DNA of 36,991 bases from Clostridiales bacterium (GCA_009783415.1 WRHF01000002.1:1-36991), one strand, 5' to 3'. Positions 17,939 to 27,367 are shown, counted from the stretch's first letter. The notes: generated by a model from the letters alone, not told the origin. Made by a program: numbers and translations.

Positions 17939-20900
17939 TCAGCCGCCAACTACCATACGGAGGATCAAAGCGGCATCTGTGGTATCAACTATGCCGTCGC
18001 CGTTGATGTCGCCCAGGATCAAGGCCCTGGGGGTCCAGGGGATCAGGCCTACTATCATTTGCAGTAGGGTCATCGCATCTTCGGGTGTTACTGTCCCGTC
18101 ATTGTTGACGTCACCTAATAGGCCTAGGACCAGGGTACCGGGCAGGATATTTACCTCCAGATCAAACATGGCATCGGCAAAGTTGATATACTGCATTTTT
18201 ACCACTTCGGCATTCAGAGGATAATTGCCTAGGAGCGGCAGGCCGGCAGCCACTTGGTAGGTGACAGTGAACAGGAGCCCGTCGCCCTTAACATTTTCGC
18301 TGGCGGCAAAGGCGATCCGCATCAGATCAGTTTGATAGCTGGGATTGGAAACAAAGAAGGGGGTAGCCAATTCTCCGGCAGGTTTGACGGCAAGCGGCGT
18401 GTAAACACTGCTGTTATAAGGTAACAGCAGATCCAGGGCGGAAAAGCCGGAATCATTGCCGCTGATTTTGTAGGTAACATCTACGGTACCGCCGGGCTTG
18501 CCCCAAACATCAGCTACTTCTATAGTCACCGGTTTTTGGGGTGCGGCAAATTCGGCAGGTATAACCACATTGCTGGCCTCATTATCAATGGTAAATGTAA
18601 AGGCATTATTGCCGGTATAGGCGGCAGTGGTGGGGCCGCCGGTGGTAAGTATAAGCGCCAGCCTGTTTCCTGCTCTTGCGGTGTGGCAGGTAGGTTGCAG
18701 GTAAAGGGTATAGTCATGGAAGACACCTATGTTTTCAGCCAGGTTGATCCGCTTATCATAATAAGAAGTATTGCTGTCATAATCGGAATAGGGCAGGGCA
18801 AGGTTCATCCAGCCCCTGGCAAGCTCCCTATAGGTGCCTGTGGTCGCCGGAGTGAATCTGACCAGGTTGTTGCTGCTCAAGCCGCCGCCCCGGAAAACGC
18901 CGCCGGTGGTAACTGTAGTTGTACTTATGGTGTCGCCGACAGAATTGCCGCCGTAATAGCGGAGGGTGGTTCCGGTTCTGGCAATTTCTACCAATTTAGC
19001 ATGGACCCGGAGCTGACTTGTGGAGTTATTGAGAGCAGAGCCTAAGCTGGCCAAAGCGGCCCGGAAATTGATCTCGACAACGCCCTTGACTGTTACATCT
19101 TCGGGAAGTACTATGGAATAGAGGGTGCTTCCTGCGGTAGGTACATTGAGCAGGTTTTGCCAGCTGCTGGTTCCGTTGGCGCTGTTGATAGTAATAAATT
19201 GATCATCTGCTGCAGCATATGACACGGCTAAAGGCAGCTCGCCGTCCGCGCTGGGACTGCTTGTGGTAACATTGACCTTGGCATCGGCATCCGTTTGGTA
19301 ACCGCCCAATATGAAATAGTCATCTTCATATTCCAGAGGCTCTTCATATGGCAGAGCGGAAAAGTCAAAAGGCGCTTCGGGAGTGGCGACTACGCGGTTC
19401 TTGTTGTCCAAGATCAGCTTTTTATTGCCTTGCCAGGAATCATAAGCAGTATAAAGACCGGTCAAGTTGTTCTCGCCATAGAATCCGGGCAGCATGTCCA
19501 ATACATTGTTATTCACTTTATAAAGGAAGTTGCTGTACCACAAATTTTGCCATTCCTGATAGACATATTCACCGATTTGCTGATTGTTGGGAGTTGTATG
19601 ATGGCCCTGGTTCCACAAAACTCTGGTCTCGACCCCGGCTTTCTCGGCGGCTTGATGCAGCAATACGGACTGTTTGGGGCGGACATTGTTGTCATTGCCG
19701 CCGTGGACTATCAGGATGGGGATCCGGATCTTGCTGGGACCCCAATCCTTGTACCAGCCATCTACCGTATAGTCGCGGCGCTCCCAGTGTTCGCTGTAGT
19801 CGCCGTTATGTTCCAGCGCTTCCAGGTACAACTGCTGCAAATAGCCCAACTGCCTGGCGCGGATCGGATTTCCGGCGACCCAGATCGGAGCGCCGATCCG
19901 GCTTAGGATATACCAGGACAAACCGGGGGTATACGAGGGATCCCAGTTGCACACGCCTTGTTGATTCTGGTATTCATACCAGCTGGAAATAGCCGCCACG
20001 GGGATGACGGTCTCCAGACCCTTGACCCCGCTGGTGGCCAGGGCGATATTGGTGGTGCCGCCATAGGAGGTGCCTGTCATGCCGACATAGCCATTGGACC
20101 AATCGGCTTTGACTTCTATGTTGCTGGTCTTATCGGTATAAGCTTTGGCGTCGCCGTTGATCCAGTCAATGACGCATTTATAGGCGTCGACTTCAATATC
20201 TGCTCCCATGCTGGCCATGCCTTCGCCGCCAACAGTAGCCAGGCCGGCCGAGGAAACAAGGGCAAAACCGCGGACCAAAAAGTAATCGTGCATATTCAGG
20301 CTCGATATCTGATTTCCGTTGGCAACACCCCAGGTTACAGTCGCGTTATAAGCGCTTGAACTGTAGGAATAGTTGTAGCGCCAGTCCTGCCACCTGGCAT
20401 TGGTCACCATCTCTTTAGTGGTAGCTTCGCCTGCGGGGACCCGGGGCGGGACTATGGCATGAAGCTTATCGTGAGTGAGATCACCGTTTGCATTAAGCCA
20501 GGCAGTTCCTTCGGGCCGCAGGGCAGCAGGCCAGGATACGGAACTGTTGGTACCCTCATTGTAGGGTTGGGCATGATAGATAGTGGCGACTTTCATGCCT
20601 TGGTCAACAGCAGCTCTGGGCAGCTGCACCATAACCTTGATCAGGTCGCGCTGGCCATCGTCGTCGGTGTCGTAGTTGGTCTCTACATAGACAAGGAAAC
20701 GGGCTGCGCCTTCTCCGGTGGTGTCAAAATATGTAGAGTTGCCGTAAGGGAAGATGGGCTGGGCCATGCCGCCCACAAAATAAGGCTCCGGGGGATCCTT
20801 GGCTAAGGCGTCACGAAGGCCCTTGAAGGCGTCAGCCATTGCCAGATCCATTTCTGTTGCGATTTCAGCAGTTACAACAGCGGTTGGGTTATACTCCCAA

Positions 20901-21124
20901 TTGTCCAAAAAGCCCAGGGTTTTTGCCAGAGCATCCCTGTCCCTGTCATTGGCAGCCATCACCGAATCCTTCATCCCGGCGGATTTGATCATGGCTGTTA
21001 CGTACTCACGCTGCGTGCCGAATTCATCCTCCGTTGCCGCGGTGAGAGTCAGAGCAGGTATCAGCGTCAGGATAAATACCGTTGCCATAACTGTCACCAG
21101 AATCCTGTTTTTCCGTGTTTTCAT
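17939..21124 (-). CDS. S15 peptidase-cohesin-dockerin, paralog 4
   Basis: Same architecture; GTSYGG, HGGNDNNV, QGHH. Confidence 0.88.
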   Translation of the reverse strand: MKTRKNRILVTVMATVFILTLIPALTLTAATEDEFGTQREYVTAMIKSAGMKDSVMAANDRDRDALAKTLGFLDNWEYNPTAVVTAEIATEMDLAMADAFKGLRDALAKDPPEPYFVGGMAQPIFPYGNSTYFDTTGEGAARFLVYVETNYDTDDDGQRDLIKVMVQLPRAAVDQGMKVATIYHAQPYNEGTNSSVSWPAALRPEGTAWLNANGDLTHDKLHAIVPPRVPAGEATTKEMVTNARWQDWRYNYSYSSSAYNATVTWGVANGNQISSLNMHDYFLVRGFALVSSAGLATVGGEGMASMGADIEVDAYKCVIDWINGDAKAYTDKTSNIEVKADWSNGYVGMTGTSYGGTTNIALATSGVKGLETVIPVAAISSWYEYQNQQGVCNWDPSYTPGLSWYILSRIGAPIWVAGNPIRARQLGYLQQLYLEALEHNGDYSEHWERRDYTVDGWYKDWGPSKIRIPILIVHGGNDNNVRPKQSVLLHQAAEKAGVETRVLWNQGHHTTPNNQQIGEYVYQEWQNLWYSNFLYKVNNNVLDMLPGFYGENNLTGLYTAYDSWQGNKKLILDNKNRVVATPEAPFDFSALPYEEPLEYEDDYFILGGYQTDADAKVNVTTSSPSADGELPLAVSYAAADDQFITINSANGTSSWQNLLNVPTAGSTLYSIVLPEDVTVKGVVEINFRAALASLGSALNNSTSQLRVHAKLVEIARTGTTLRYYGGNSVGDTISTTTVTTGGVFRGGGLSSNNLVRFTPATTGTYRELARGWMNLALPYSDYDSNTSYYDKRINLAENIGVFHDYTLYLQPTCHTARAGNRLALILTTGGPTTAAYTGNNAFTFTIDNEASNVVIPAEFAAPQKPVTIEVADVWGKPGGTVDVTYKISGNDSGFSALDLLLPYNSSVYTPLAVKPAGELATPFFVSNPSYQTDLMRIAFAASENVKGDGLLFTVTYQVAAGLPLLGNYPLNAEVVKMQYINFADAMFDLEVNILPGTLVLGLLGDVNNDGTVTPEDAMTLLQMIVGLIPWTPRALILGDINGDGIVDTTDAALILRMVVGG

Positions 21125-21278
21125 ACTTTTTCCTCCTAAAAAATATTATTTTTCTATGGATTCCCAATTAATCCATGTTTTGTTAGATTTCTCTTCTAAA
21201 TATCCAAAACCCTCCATTTTTATTCCCCGATATTCCCCCATGATTCCCTATAATTTCTAAAATTTCCCATCATTTCCC

Positions 21279-21336
21279 CAGCACAGGGGGACGGTTCTAT
21301 TATGTCGTTAGATAATAGAACCGTCCCCCTGTGCTG
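21279..21336. repeat. Perfect 25-bp inverted repeat, REP-like
   Basis: CAGCACAGGGGGACGGTTCTATTAT, 8-nt loop, exact reverse complement. Confidence 0.85.
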
Positions 21337-21443
21337 TTCGGAGTGAAAAGTCTCATTTTGACGTTTTTCACTTTCATCCTTCTTGCTTTTTAGCCGGGAT
21401 ATATGTATACTAAATATAAAAATGAATTACAGGATTGATTAAT

Positions 21444-22337
21444 ATGAAGTGTTATATCCCTAAATATTCAGGGTTCTGTTTTGGAGTGGCTCTTGCGGTT
21501 GAAGCTGCTTATGATCACATCGGCAATTCCACGTTTATGTTTGGTGAGGTCGTTCATAATCCTGCCGTGATTTCTGATTTAGCCGGCAAAGGTTTAGGCT
21601 TGATAAATTCACTTGATGAGATACCAAAAGGAGAAAAAGCCAATGTCCTGATCCGGGCTCACGGCGTTTCGGCGGACACTATAAATGAAATCCAAAATAG
21701 AAGTTTGGGGATAATTGATAAGACTTGCCCCAGGGTAAAAAAAGTCCATGATATAGTGGCGGATGCCTCCGGCAGGGGACTTGATATCGTGATCGTCGGC
21801 ACTCCCAATCATCCGGAAGTCTTGGGAATAGCAGGATGGGCAGGGACCCGAACAGTGGTTGTGCGTGATGCAAATGATGCTGAAAAAATCATTCCGGATC
21901 GATTATTCCCAAATAAGGGCATTTGTTTGGTTGCCCAAACCACCCAAAATGAAAAAAAATACGAAGAAGTATATAGATATTGCTCCGGTATTTTCCCGTA
22001 TATTGAGTTCAATGACACAATATGTGATGCTGCTACTGTCAGGCAAGAAGAAATACGTCAGCTTGCAAAAATAGTAGACTGTGTCATAGTGATCGGCGGG
22101 AAGACCAGCTCCAATGTGACCAGGCTCTTTGAAATAGCCTCGGAATACAATAGTAATACTCAGCATATTGAATCGTTCGCGGAATTAGACATGACAAAAA
22201 TCATAGATGTTAAAGCCTGCCTGATAGCCAGCGGAACATCTACGCCGGAGAAAAGTATTTCTCAAGTGGTTGATCATTTGAAGCTATTTTGTTTGGGAAA
22301 TGGAAAGGGTTTTGAATTGATCAGAGGTAAAACATGA
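21444..22337 (+). CDS. ispH: 4-hydroxy-3-methylbut-2-enyl diphosphate reductase
   Basis: GFCFGV, VHNP, IRAHG, TCPRV, HPEV, AQTT, DTIC.AT, SSN motifs; start may be TTG 21435. Confidence 0.95.
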   Translation: MKCYIPKYSGFCFGVALAVEAAYDHIGNSTFMFGEVVHNPAVISDLAGKGLGLINSLDEIPKGEKANVLIRAHGVSADTINEIQNRSLGIIDKTCPRVKKVHDIVADASGRGLDIVIVGTPNHPEVLGIAGWAGTRTVVVRDANDAEKIIPDRLFPNKGICLVAQTTQNEKKYEEVYRYCSGIFPYIEFNDTICDAATVRQEEIRQLAKIVDCVIVIGGKTSSNVTRLFEIASEYNSNTQHIESFAELDMTKIIDVKACLIASGTSTPEKSISQVVDHLKLFCLGNGKGFELIRGKT

Positions 22338-23299
22338 TAGTATTGTGCATCTTAGGGCCGACTGCGTCCGGTAAGACGGATTTGGCTATCCGCTTGGCTT
22401 TACATTTGAACGGCGAGGTGGTATCCTGCGACTCCATGCAGATTTACCGCGGCATGGACATTGGCACAGCCAAGCCTAATAAAGAGGAGCAACAAGGTGT
22501 CCCGCACCATATGCTGGATGTAGCCGATCCGTCCGAGCCATATTCGGCTGCCCAATATGCTGCCGGGGCATCCGCCTGCATCGAGGATATCCTCAGCCGG
22601 GGGCGCTTGCCTATTATCTGCGGCGGGACCGGTTTGTATTTGGATGTGCTTTTATCTGGGATCCATGAAAGCGGCGAGCATGATGAGATCTACCGGGAAG
22701 AACTGGCCGGACGGATCAAGCATGAGGGGCTGCCGCCGTTACATGCCGAACTTGCTTGTGTAGACCCGGAAAGCGCATCCCGGATCTCCCCGAATGACGG
22801 GCGGCGGATCATTCGCGCCCTGGAGGTATACCGCACGACCGGAATGCCGCTGTCAAAACACCATGAGTTGTCCAAATTGCTGCCTGCAAGATACGATGCC
22901 TTACTTTTGGGCATCCGTTTTGGCGACCGCACTGTTCTTTATGAGCAAATTGATAAAAGGGCCGACCGGATGATGGCCGCCGGTCTCTTCGCTGAAGTGC
23001 GTACCGTTTTGGAGCAGATACCGCCGCCCTGCCATACAGCGATGCAAGCGATCGGCTACAAGGAATTCGCCGCGGTCCTGCGGGGAGAGATAAGCATTGA
23101 GACAGCCGTTTCACAGATAAAACAGTCAAGCAGACGGCTGGCAAAACGCCAAATGACCTGGTTCAAAAAGACTCCCGATATCCACTGGCTGGAAACAAGC
23201 GGCGCCGGTCAAACCCCCAGCCTGTTTGAGCAAGCGCTGCAAACTATAGCGGCCTTCGGCTGTAAGCAATCAGGATCCAGGATACAGAAGTCAGAATGA
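22334..23299 (+). CDS. miaA: tRNA dimethylallyltransferase
   Basis: GPTASGKT, DSMQIYRGMDIGTAKP, GGTGLY, AIGYKE, AKRQMTWF. Confidence 0.96.
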   Translation: MIVLCILGPTASGKTDLAIRLALHLNGEVVSCDSMQIYRGMDIGTAKPNKEEQQGVPHHMLDVADPSEPYSAAQYAAGASACIEDILSRGRLPIICGGTGLYLDVLLSGIHESGEHDEIYREELAGRIKHEGLPPLHAELACVDPESASRISPNDGRRIIRALEVYRTTGMPLSKHHELSKLLPARYDALLLGIRFGDRTVLYEQIDKRADRMMAAGLFAEVRTVLEQIPPPCHTAMQAIGYKEFAAVLRGEISIETAVSQIKQSSRRLAKRQMTWFKKTPDIHWLETSGAGQTPSLFEQALQTIAAFGCKQSGSRIQKSE

Positions 23300-23300
23300 G

Positions 23301-23436
23301 TTTCTTCGAAAACTCCTGTTGTCATCCTGAGCGTAGCGAAGGATCTTAATCAAACATGTGCGATATAGCGGGGGTAAAGATTCTTCGTTGCGCTCAGAAT
23401 GACAGCGATTACTGGGCTTTTGAGTTTTCGAGGAAA
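23301..23436. repeat. Nested palindromic miniature element
   Basis: Outer TTTCTTCGAAAACTC / GAGTTTTCGAGGAAA; inner GTCATCCTGAGCG..GCGAAGGATCT / AGATTCTTCG..CGCTCAGAATGAC. Confidence 0.7.
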
Positions 23437-23461
23437 GTAAGAATATGACAGGAGGAGATCA

Positions 23462-23860
23462 ATGATGACAAAAAATTACTCTAAGCCGCTTTGCCTTGTT
23501 TTAGTCATTTTACTTTGCCTATTTGCTTTTTCAGGCTGTCAAAGGGAAATAACGAATCAACTTCCGGAGTATGCTGCTTTGAATGCAATACGTTTTGCTG
23601 ATCTGGATTTATATGATCAGTTTAAAGGTATGTTTGATAAGTTATCTGAAGAGAATGCAACAGAAGAATTGTTTTTGGCGCTAAAACAAGCCAAAACGGA
23701 TACACACTCCCATGATACCTGCCATTTTGTCACTATGTCAAACGGAGATGTTTGGATGTTTCAATTCGTTCCAATGAGAGAGAAGACTTGGGATATTACA
23801 GGTATTACACTACTTAGCAAAGATCAAGCCGAAACTATGAAGATATTGCTTGGGGAATAG
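23462..23860 (+). CDS. Hypothetical lipoprotein
   Basis: AGGAGG RBS; signal peptide with lipobox FSGC. Confidence 0.75.
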   Translation: MMTKNYSKPLCLVLVILLCLFAFSGCQREITNQLPEYAALNAIRFADLDLYDQFKGMFDKLSEENATEELFLALKQAKTDTHSHDTCHFVTMSNGDVWMFQFVPMREKTWDITGITLLSKDQAETMKILLGE

Positions 23861-23865
23861 ATCAT

Positions 23866-24201
23866 TTATTGCCTAAGCGCTTCCAGAGCAAGCTCATATT
23901 TTTCCTCCGGATGATATTCTTTTGCCCCTTCATACAGGTTAACAAGATAATCATAGGCGTTAAGGGTTTCGTCACTTTTTACCTCTTTATCTGCCCCGAA
24001 CTCCAGCAATGCATTGATCAGTTGCGGAGAAAAATCGTGTTCATAATAGAGATGTGCCGCCCCGCAAGCATACATCAGCGGTGTCCTCCCTTTTTTGTCC
24101 TTGGCGTTTACATCCGCTCCTTTTTCAATGAGAAAGACCGCTACATCCCTATGCCATTGGTTATCAGTGAAAACGCCGCCTCCCAATCCTATTGCCATCA
24201 T
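23866..24201 (-). CDS. Ankyrin repeat protein, probably a 5'-truncated remnant
   Basis: LIEKGADVNAKDKKGRTPLMYA; no RBS and begins mid-repeat. Confidence 0.65.
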   Translation of the reverse strand: MMAIGLGGGVFTDNQWHRDVAVFLIEKGADVNAKDKKGRTPLMYACGAAHLYYEHDFSPQLINALLEFGADKEVKSDETLNAYDYLVNLYEGAKEYHPEEKYELALEALRQ

Positions 24202-24254
24202 GGTATATCTAAAACCGGTGACGAAAATTCACGGAGTGTTTTTTGCAAAAACCC

Positions 24255-24283
24255 TTGACAAACCCTCGTAACTCGTATAGAAT
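24255..24283 (+). promoter_or_regulatory. sigma-A promoter of the HigBA operon
   Basis: TTGACA-17 bp-TAGAAT. Confidence 0.75.
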
Positions 24284-24314
24284 GATAATAGTAATAATGA
24301 AAGGTAAATCTGGT

Positions 24315-24662
24315 ATGCTAACTGATAGAATGTTTGTCCACACGAAAGTTTTTGACAGATTGTGGGAATCACTCGGATGTAACGACAATGACCCTCTGGA
24401 ACTGCAAAAGGCTATATGTGATGACCCGCAAGGATCGCCTGTAATTCGTGGAACTGATGGAGTGAGAAAGATACGGATTGCACTGTAAGGTCGGGGGAAG
24501 AGCGGAGGAGCGCGAGTTCTATATGTAGATTTTATTGTGAGAAACGTCGTAGGTTTGCTTTATGCTTATCCAAAAAGCGAGAAGGAAAACATCGATGAGA
24601 ACGAGAGAAAAATATTAAAAGCGATGGTGGGACAAATCAATGAGAATTGGAGGGAGAAATAA
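24315..24662 (+). pseudogene. higB: RelE/HigB family toxin interrupted by an in-frame TAA
   Basis: GTDGVRKIRIAL*GRGKSGGARVLY...LLYAYPKSEKENI; stop at 24486-24488; frame continues to a TAATG overlap with the antitoxin. Confidence 0.85.
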
Positions 24663-24979
24663 TGAGCAAGATGGGCCAAGACCTTATTGAAGCGATGAAG
24701 GAGCTGCTGGATTATTCGGAGGGTAAAATAGACCTAAGAACCACGAAGTACAATATCTTTCCGGTATGCGATACAATCAGCGTTGAGGAGATAAAAGAGA
24801 CGCGGAAAAAGCTGGGAATGTCGCAGGGAGTGTTTGCGGTTGTTCTCGGTGTTTCCAAAAAAACGGTGGAATCGTGGGAAGCCGGCAGGTATAGACCGGA
24901 TGGCGCAGCACGCAGGCTTATTTCGATAATGCAAAGGGATCCTGCTTTCCCTGAGAAATACGGCATTGTCCAAAGGTAA
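24662..24979 (+). CDS. higA: XRE/HTH_3 antitoxin, HigA-like
   Basis: IKETRKKLGMSQGVFA...VSKKTVESWEAGR; follows the toxin. Confidence 0.85.
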   Translation: MSKMGQDLIEAMKELLDYSEGKIDLRTTKYNIFPVCDTISVEEIKETRKKLGMSQGVFAVVLGVSKKTVESWEAGRYRPDGAARRLISIMQRDPAFPEKYGIVQR

Positions 24980-25032
24980 CCAGCTTGGATGCATCGCTAA
25001 AATTACTGTTTTTCCTGCCGGATCAACAAAAT

Positions 25033-26679
25033 CTATATTTTTCTCAATTCATCCAAAAAAGCCGGACGTTTGGCATGCTTTGCGGATAACTGATCCCGCA
25101 GCTCATCTGCAGCCGAACTTCCGCAAGCTTTTTTATAATGCTTAATTATGCCGCAAACGTCACGGTAACGGCTTCGATTATCAGCATGAACCGCGCTCTC
25201 TGTGATGTACTTAACAAAAATCACTCCGATATCGTTTTTATACTCGGGTAATAAGTGCGGATAATTTGCTACTATCGCACGGGTGTTTATTTTGCAATAT
25301 TCCAGAAGTAGTGATTTTAAATTTTCGTGGATCAAAATCTCAACATAAACTCCGCTGGATTTACTTGCCGTTTTTTCTAAAACATCCTGAAGAATGACCG
25401 GCCATTCGTCTTGCGTATATAAAGCCTTCAGTTTTTTGAAGTATTCAAAATCACCTTTCAAGGCAAACTCCAGCGCAAGGCATTTTTGCGCCCGGGCATC
25501 TTCGGTTTTCTCATATATTTCATACCGGTATTGCTTCCATTTGTTCACAAGACCCGCGTGATCGCTGTCTTTTTGCTCGCCTTCCAGACACAGATTTAAG
25601 GCCTTTGCGTATTGTCCGCCGGATATGGCGTTTTGAATCATTGTATCTCTGAAATCACTGTTTTCCAAATGCTCTTCCATGTAGGCTTCGGCGGCGGGTT
25701 TGCCGTCATACATCTTGATAATACTAAGTTGCAGCTTCTGTAATTTACGGCTCTCATAAATGCTGCTCCAGCTGCTTGTTTTGGTGCTTTTCCATTCGGA
25801 TATATATTGTTCTATTTTATCGCGGTTGGCGCGGTTGCCACATAAAGGCGTGGTGGTGTACAGTAGATCCACCCGCCAGTCTGTCCAATTGTTATATAGG
25901 GAGTCTATGGCATGATTAAAAATAATCTCAAATATTCTTCTACTGTCCTTATCTTCCAAGTCAAGAGAATCATCAAGCGCTGTGTCGATTTTTTCTATGG
26001 CTTCATCTATAGTACTGCTGAGGTGCCCGTCAGAATCGTCGCAATAGTCATATAAATTAAGCATTTCCTCCAAAACGATAATGCTTAAGGAAATGGCTTT
26101 AAAAATGTCGCCGGATTCTATCTGATCATCAATCATTTGCAGCACGGTATCCGCTCCGGCAAGAGCTCGCCTGGTATCATTGTATTCTACGAATCCTCCC
26201 CGCTCCGCTGCATTGATAGCGCTTTGAATGACCCCTCGTGCAGATTTTTCTATATCCTCTTTTTCGGCATAACGCAAGAGAAGCTCTTCTTTTATCCGTT
26301 TATCCCTATTGGCAAATTCCAAGATGATTGTCAAAAGCGCCTGCTTATCCAGGGTTTTTAATATATCCTCAAGTTTTTTCTTTTTCCCTGCCTTTGCCGG
26401 GGTCTTGCCGGATCTAAGCTCTTTTTGCAGGGCATAAAAAACCGCTGCCTGGTGCTTACAGTATTGGCCCCAATAATACGGGCAGTCACAAGTGCTGTCT
26501 AAAATTTCACCGTTATCGGCAAGCATCACCGTCACGGTATAATCTTCGCTGCCTTCCACATCGGCGACCCATTCCTCGCCATCATATTCCAAAGTCAAGA
26601 CACTGCCGGATCTATAATAATCCGAACCCCGCGCCAAAATTTTGTCGTCAAAATCTGCTTCGAAATCGTTTATGTTCAT
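25033..26679 (-). CDS. SWIM zinc finger protein with helical C-terminus
   Basis: RG..YY..G.V, CDCPY...CKH. Confidence 0.85.
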   Translation of the reverse strand: MNINDFEADFDDKILARGSDYYRSGSVLTLEYDGEEWVADVEGSEDYTVTVMLADNGEILDSTCDCPYYWGQYCKHQAAVFYALQKELRSGKTPAKAGKKKKLEDILKTLDKQALLTIILEFANRDKRIKEELLLRYAEKEDIEKSARGVIQSAINAAERGGFVEYNDTRRALAGADTVLQMIDDQIESGDIFKAISLSIIVLEEMLNLYDYCDDSDGHLSSTIDEAIEKIDTALDDSLDLEDKDSRRIFEIIFNHAIDSLYNNWTDWRVDLLYTTTPLCGNRANRDKIEQYISEWKSTKTSSWSSIYESRKLQKLQLSIIKMYDGKPAAEAYMEEHLENSDFRDTMIQNAISGGQYAKALNLCLEGEQKDSDHAGLVNKWKQYRYEIYEKTEDARAQKCLALEFALKGDFEYFKKLKALYTQDEWPVILQDVLEKTASKSSGVYVEILIHENLKSLLLEYCKINTRAIVANYPHLLPEYKNDIGVIFVKYITESAVHADNRSRYRDVCGIIKHYKKACGSSAADELRDQLSAKHAKRPAFLDELRKI

Positions 26680-26775
26680 AAGATACACCCCTTCATTATT
26701 TTTTTCCAAATCCTCCAACAGGGTCTAAAAACTTACCTGGAAATTGAAATAAAAATAAAACCCCTTGATCAAGCT

Positions 26776-27333
26776 TCAGAACCGTTTGAAGTAGTCGCCT
26801 TTGACAAACCTGGCTGCCGTGTCTTTTACCAGCATCAGCGCCATCTTGCTGTTGAAGCGGGTAACGCTGATACGTTCCTTGGGTATAGCGCCGACGTGGC
26901 GGCACCAGGCCTCCATTTCGGCAAGACATGCCGCCGTACCGTTGCCGCTTCCGCCGGCCGCCGCTACCAGGTCTATTTGCTTACCTAAGGCCGCGCTGCC
27001 GTTTTGGTTAAAGGCTTCGCATCTGCGGAAACGGTCAAGAAAATACTTCATGCGCTCACTTGGCTGCCACCAATAGACCGGCGTAACCAGGATCACTCCC
27101 TCGGAATCGCGGGTTTTTGTCTGCAATTCAGCAAGAATATCATCTATGACGCACTGCCCGTCCCGACAGGATCCCCAGCCATCACCGCAGATACGGCAAG
27201 GCGCCAGCTTCAGCGCGCTGATATCAATAATTTCCGCCTGGCCGCCGGCGCCGGCGATCCCCTCAAAGGCGGCCCTGCCGCAAGAAGCAGTCAGCCCGTT
27301 TGGATTCGGGCTTGCTGTAATGATAATATACAT
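26776..27333 (-). CDS. Flavodoxin-fold iron-sulfur flavoprotein / FMN reductase family
   Basis: ASPNPNGLT, four-Cys cluster CRIC...C...C, TPVYW, KYFLDR. Confidence 0.85.
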   Translation of the reverse strand: MYIIITASPNPNGLTASCGRAAFEGIAGAGGQAEIIDISALKLAPCRICGDGWGSCRDGQCVIDDILAELQTKTRDSEGVILVTPVYWWQPSERMKYFLDRFRRCEAFNQNGSAALGKQIDLVAAAGGSGNGTAACLAEMEAWCRHVGAIPKERISVTRFNSKMALMLVKDTAARFVKGDYFKRF

Positions 27334-27367
27334 GGATCATCAACCTCCTATACTGCATATAATTATC

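Noticed and set aside
24486-24488. Recoding of the toxin stop codon as Sec or Pyl
   Set aside because: The codon is TAA, and TAA terminates many genes in this window
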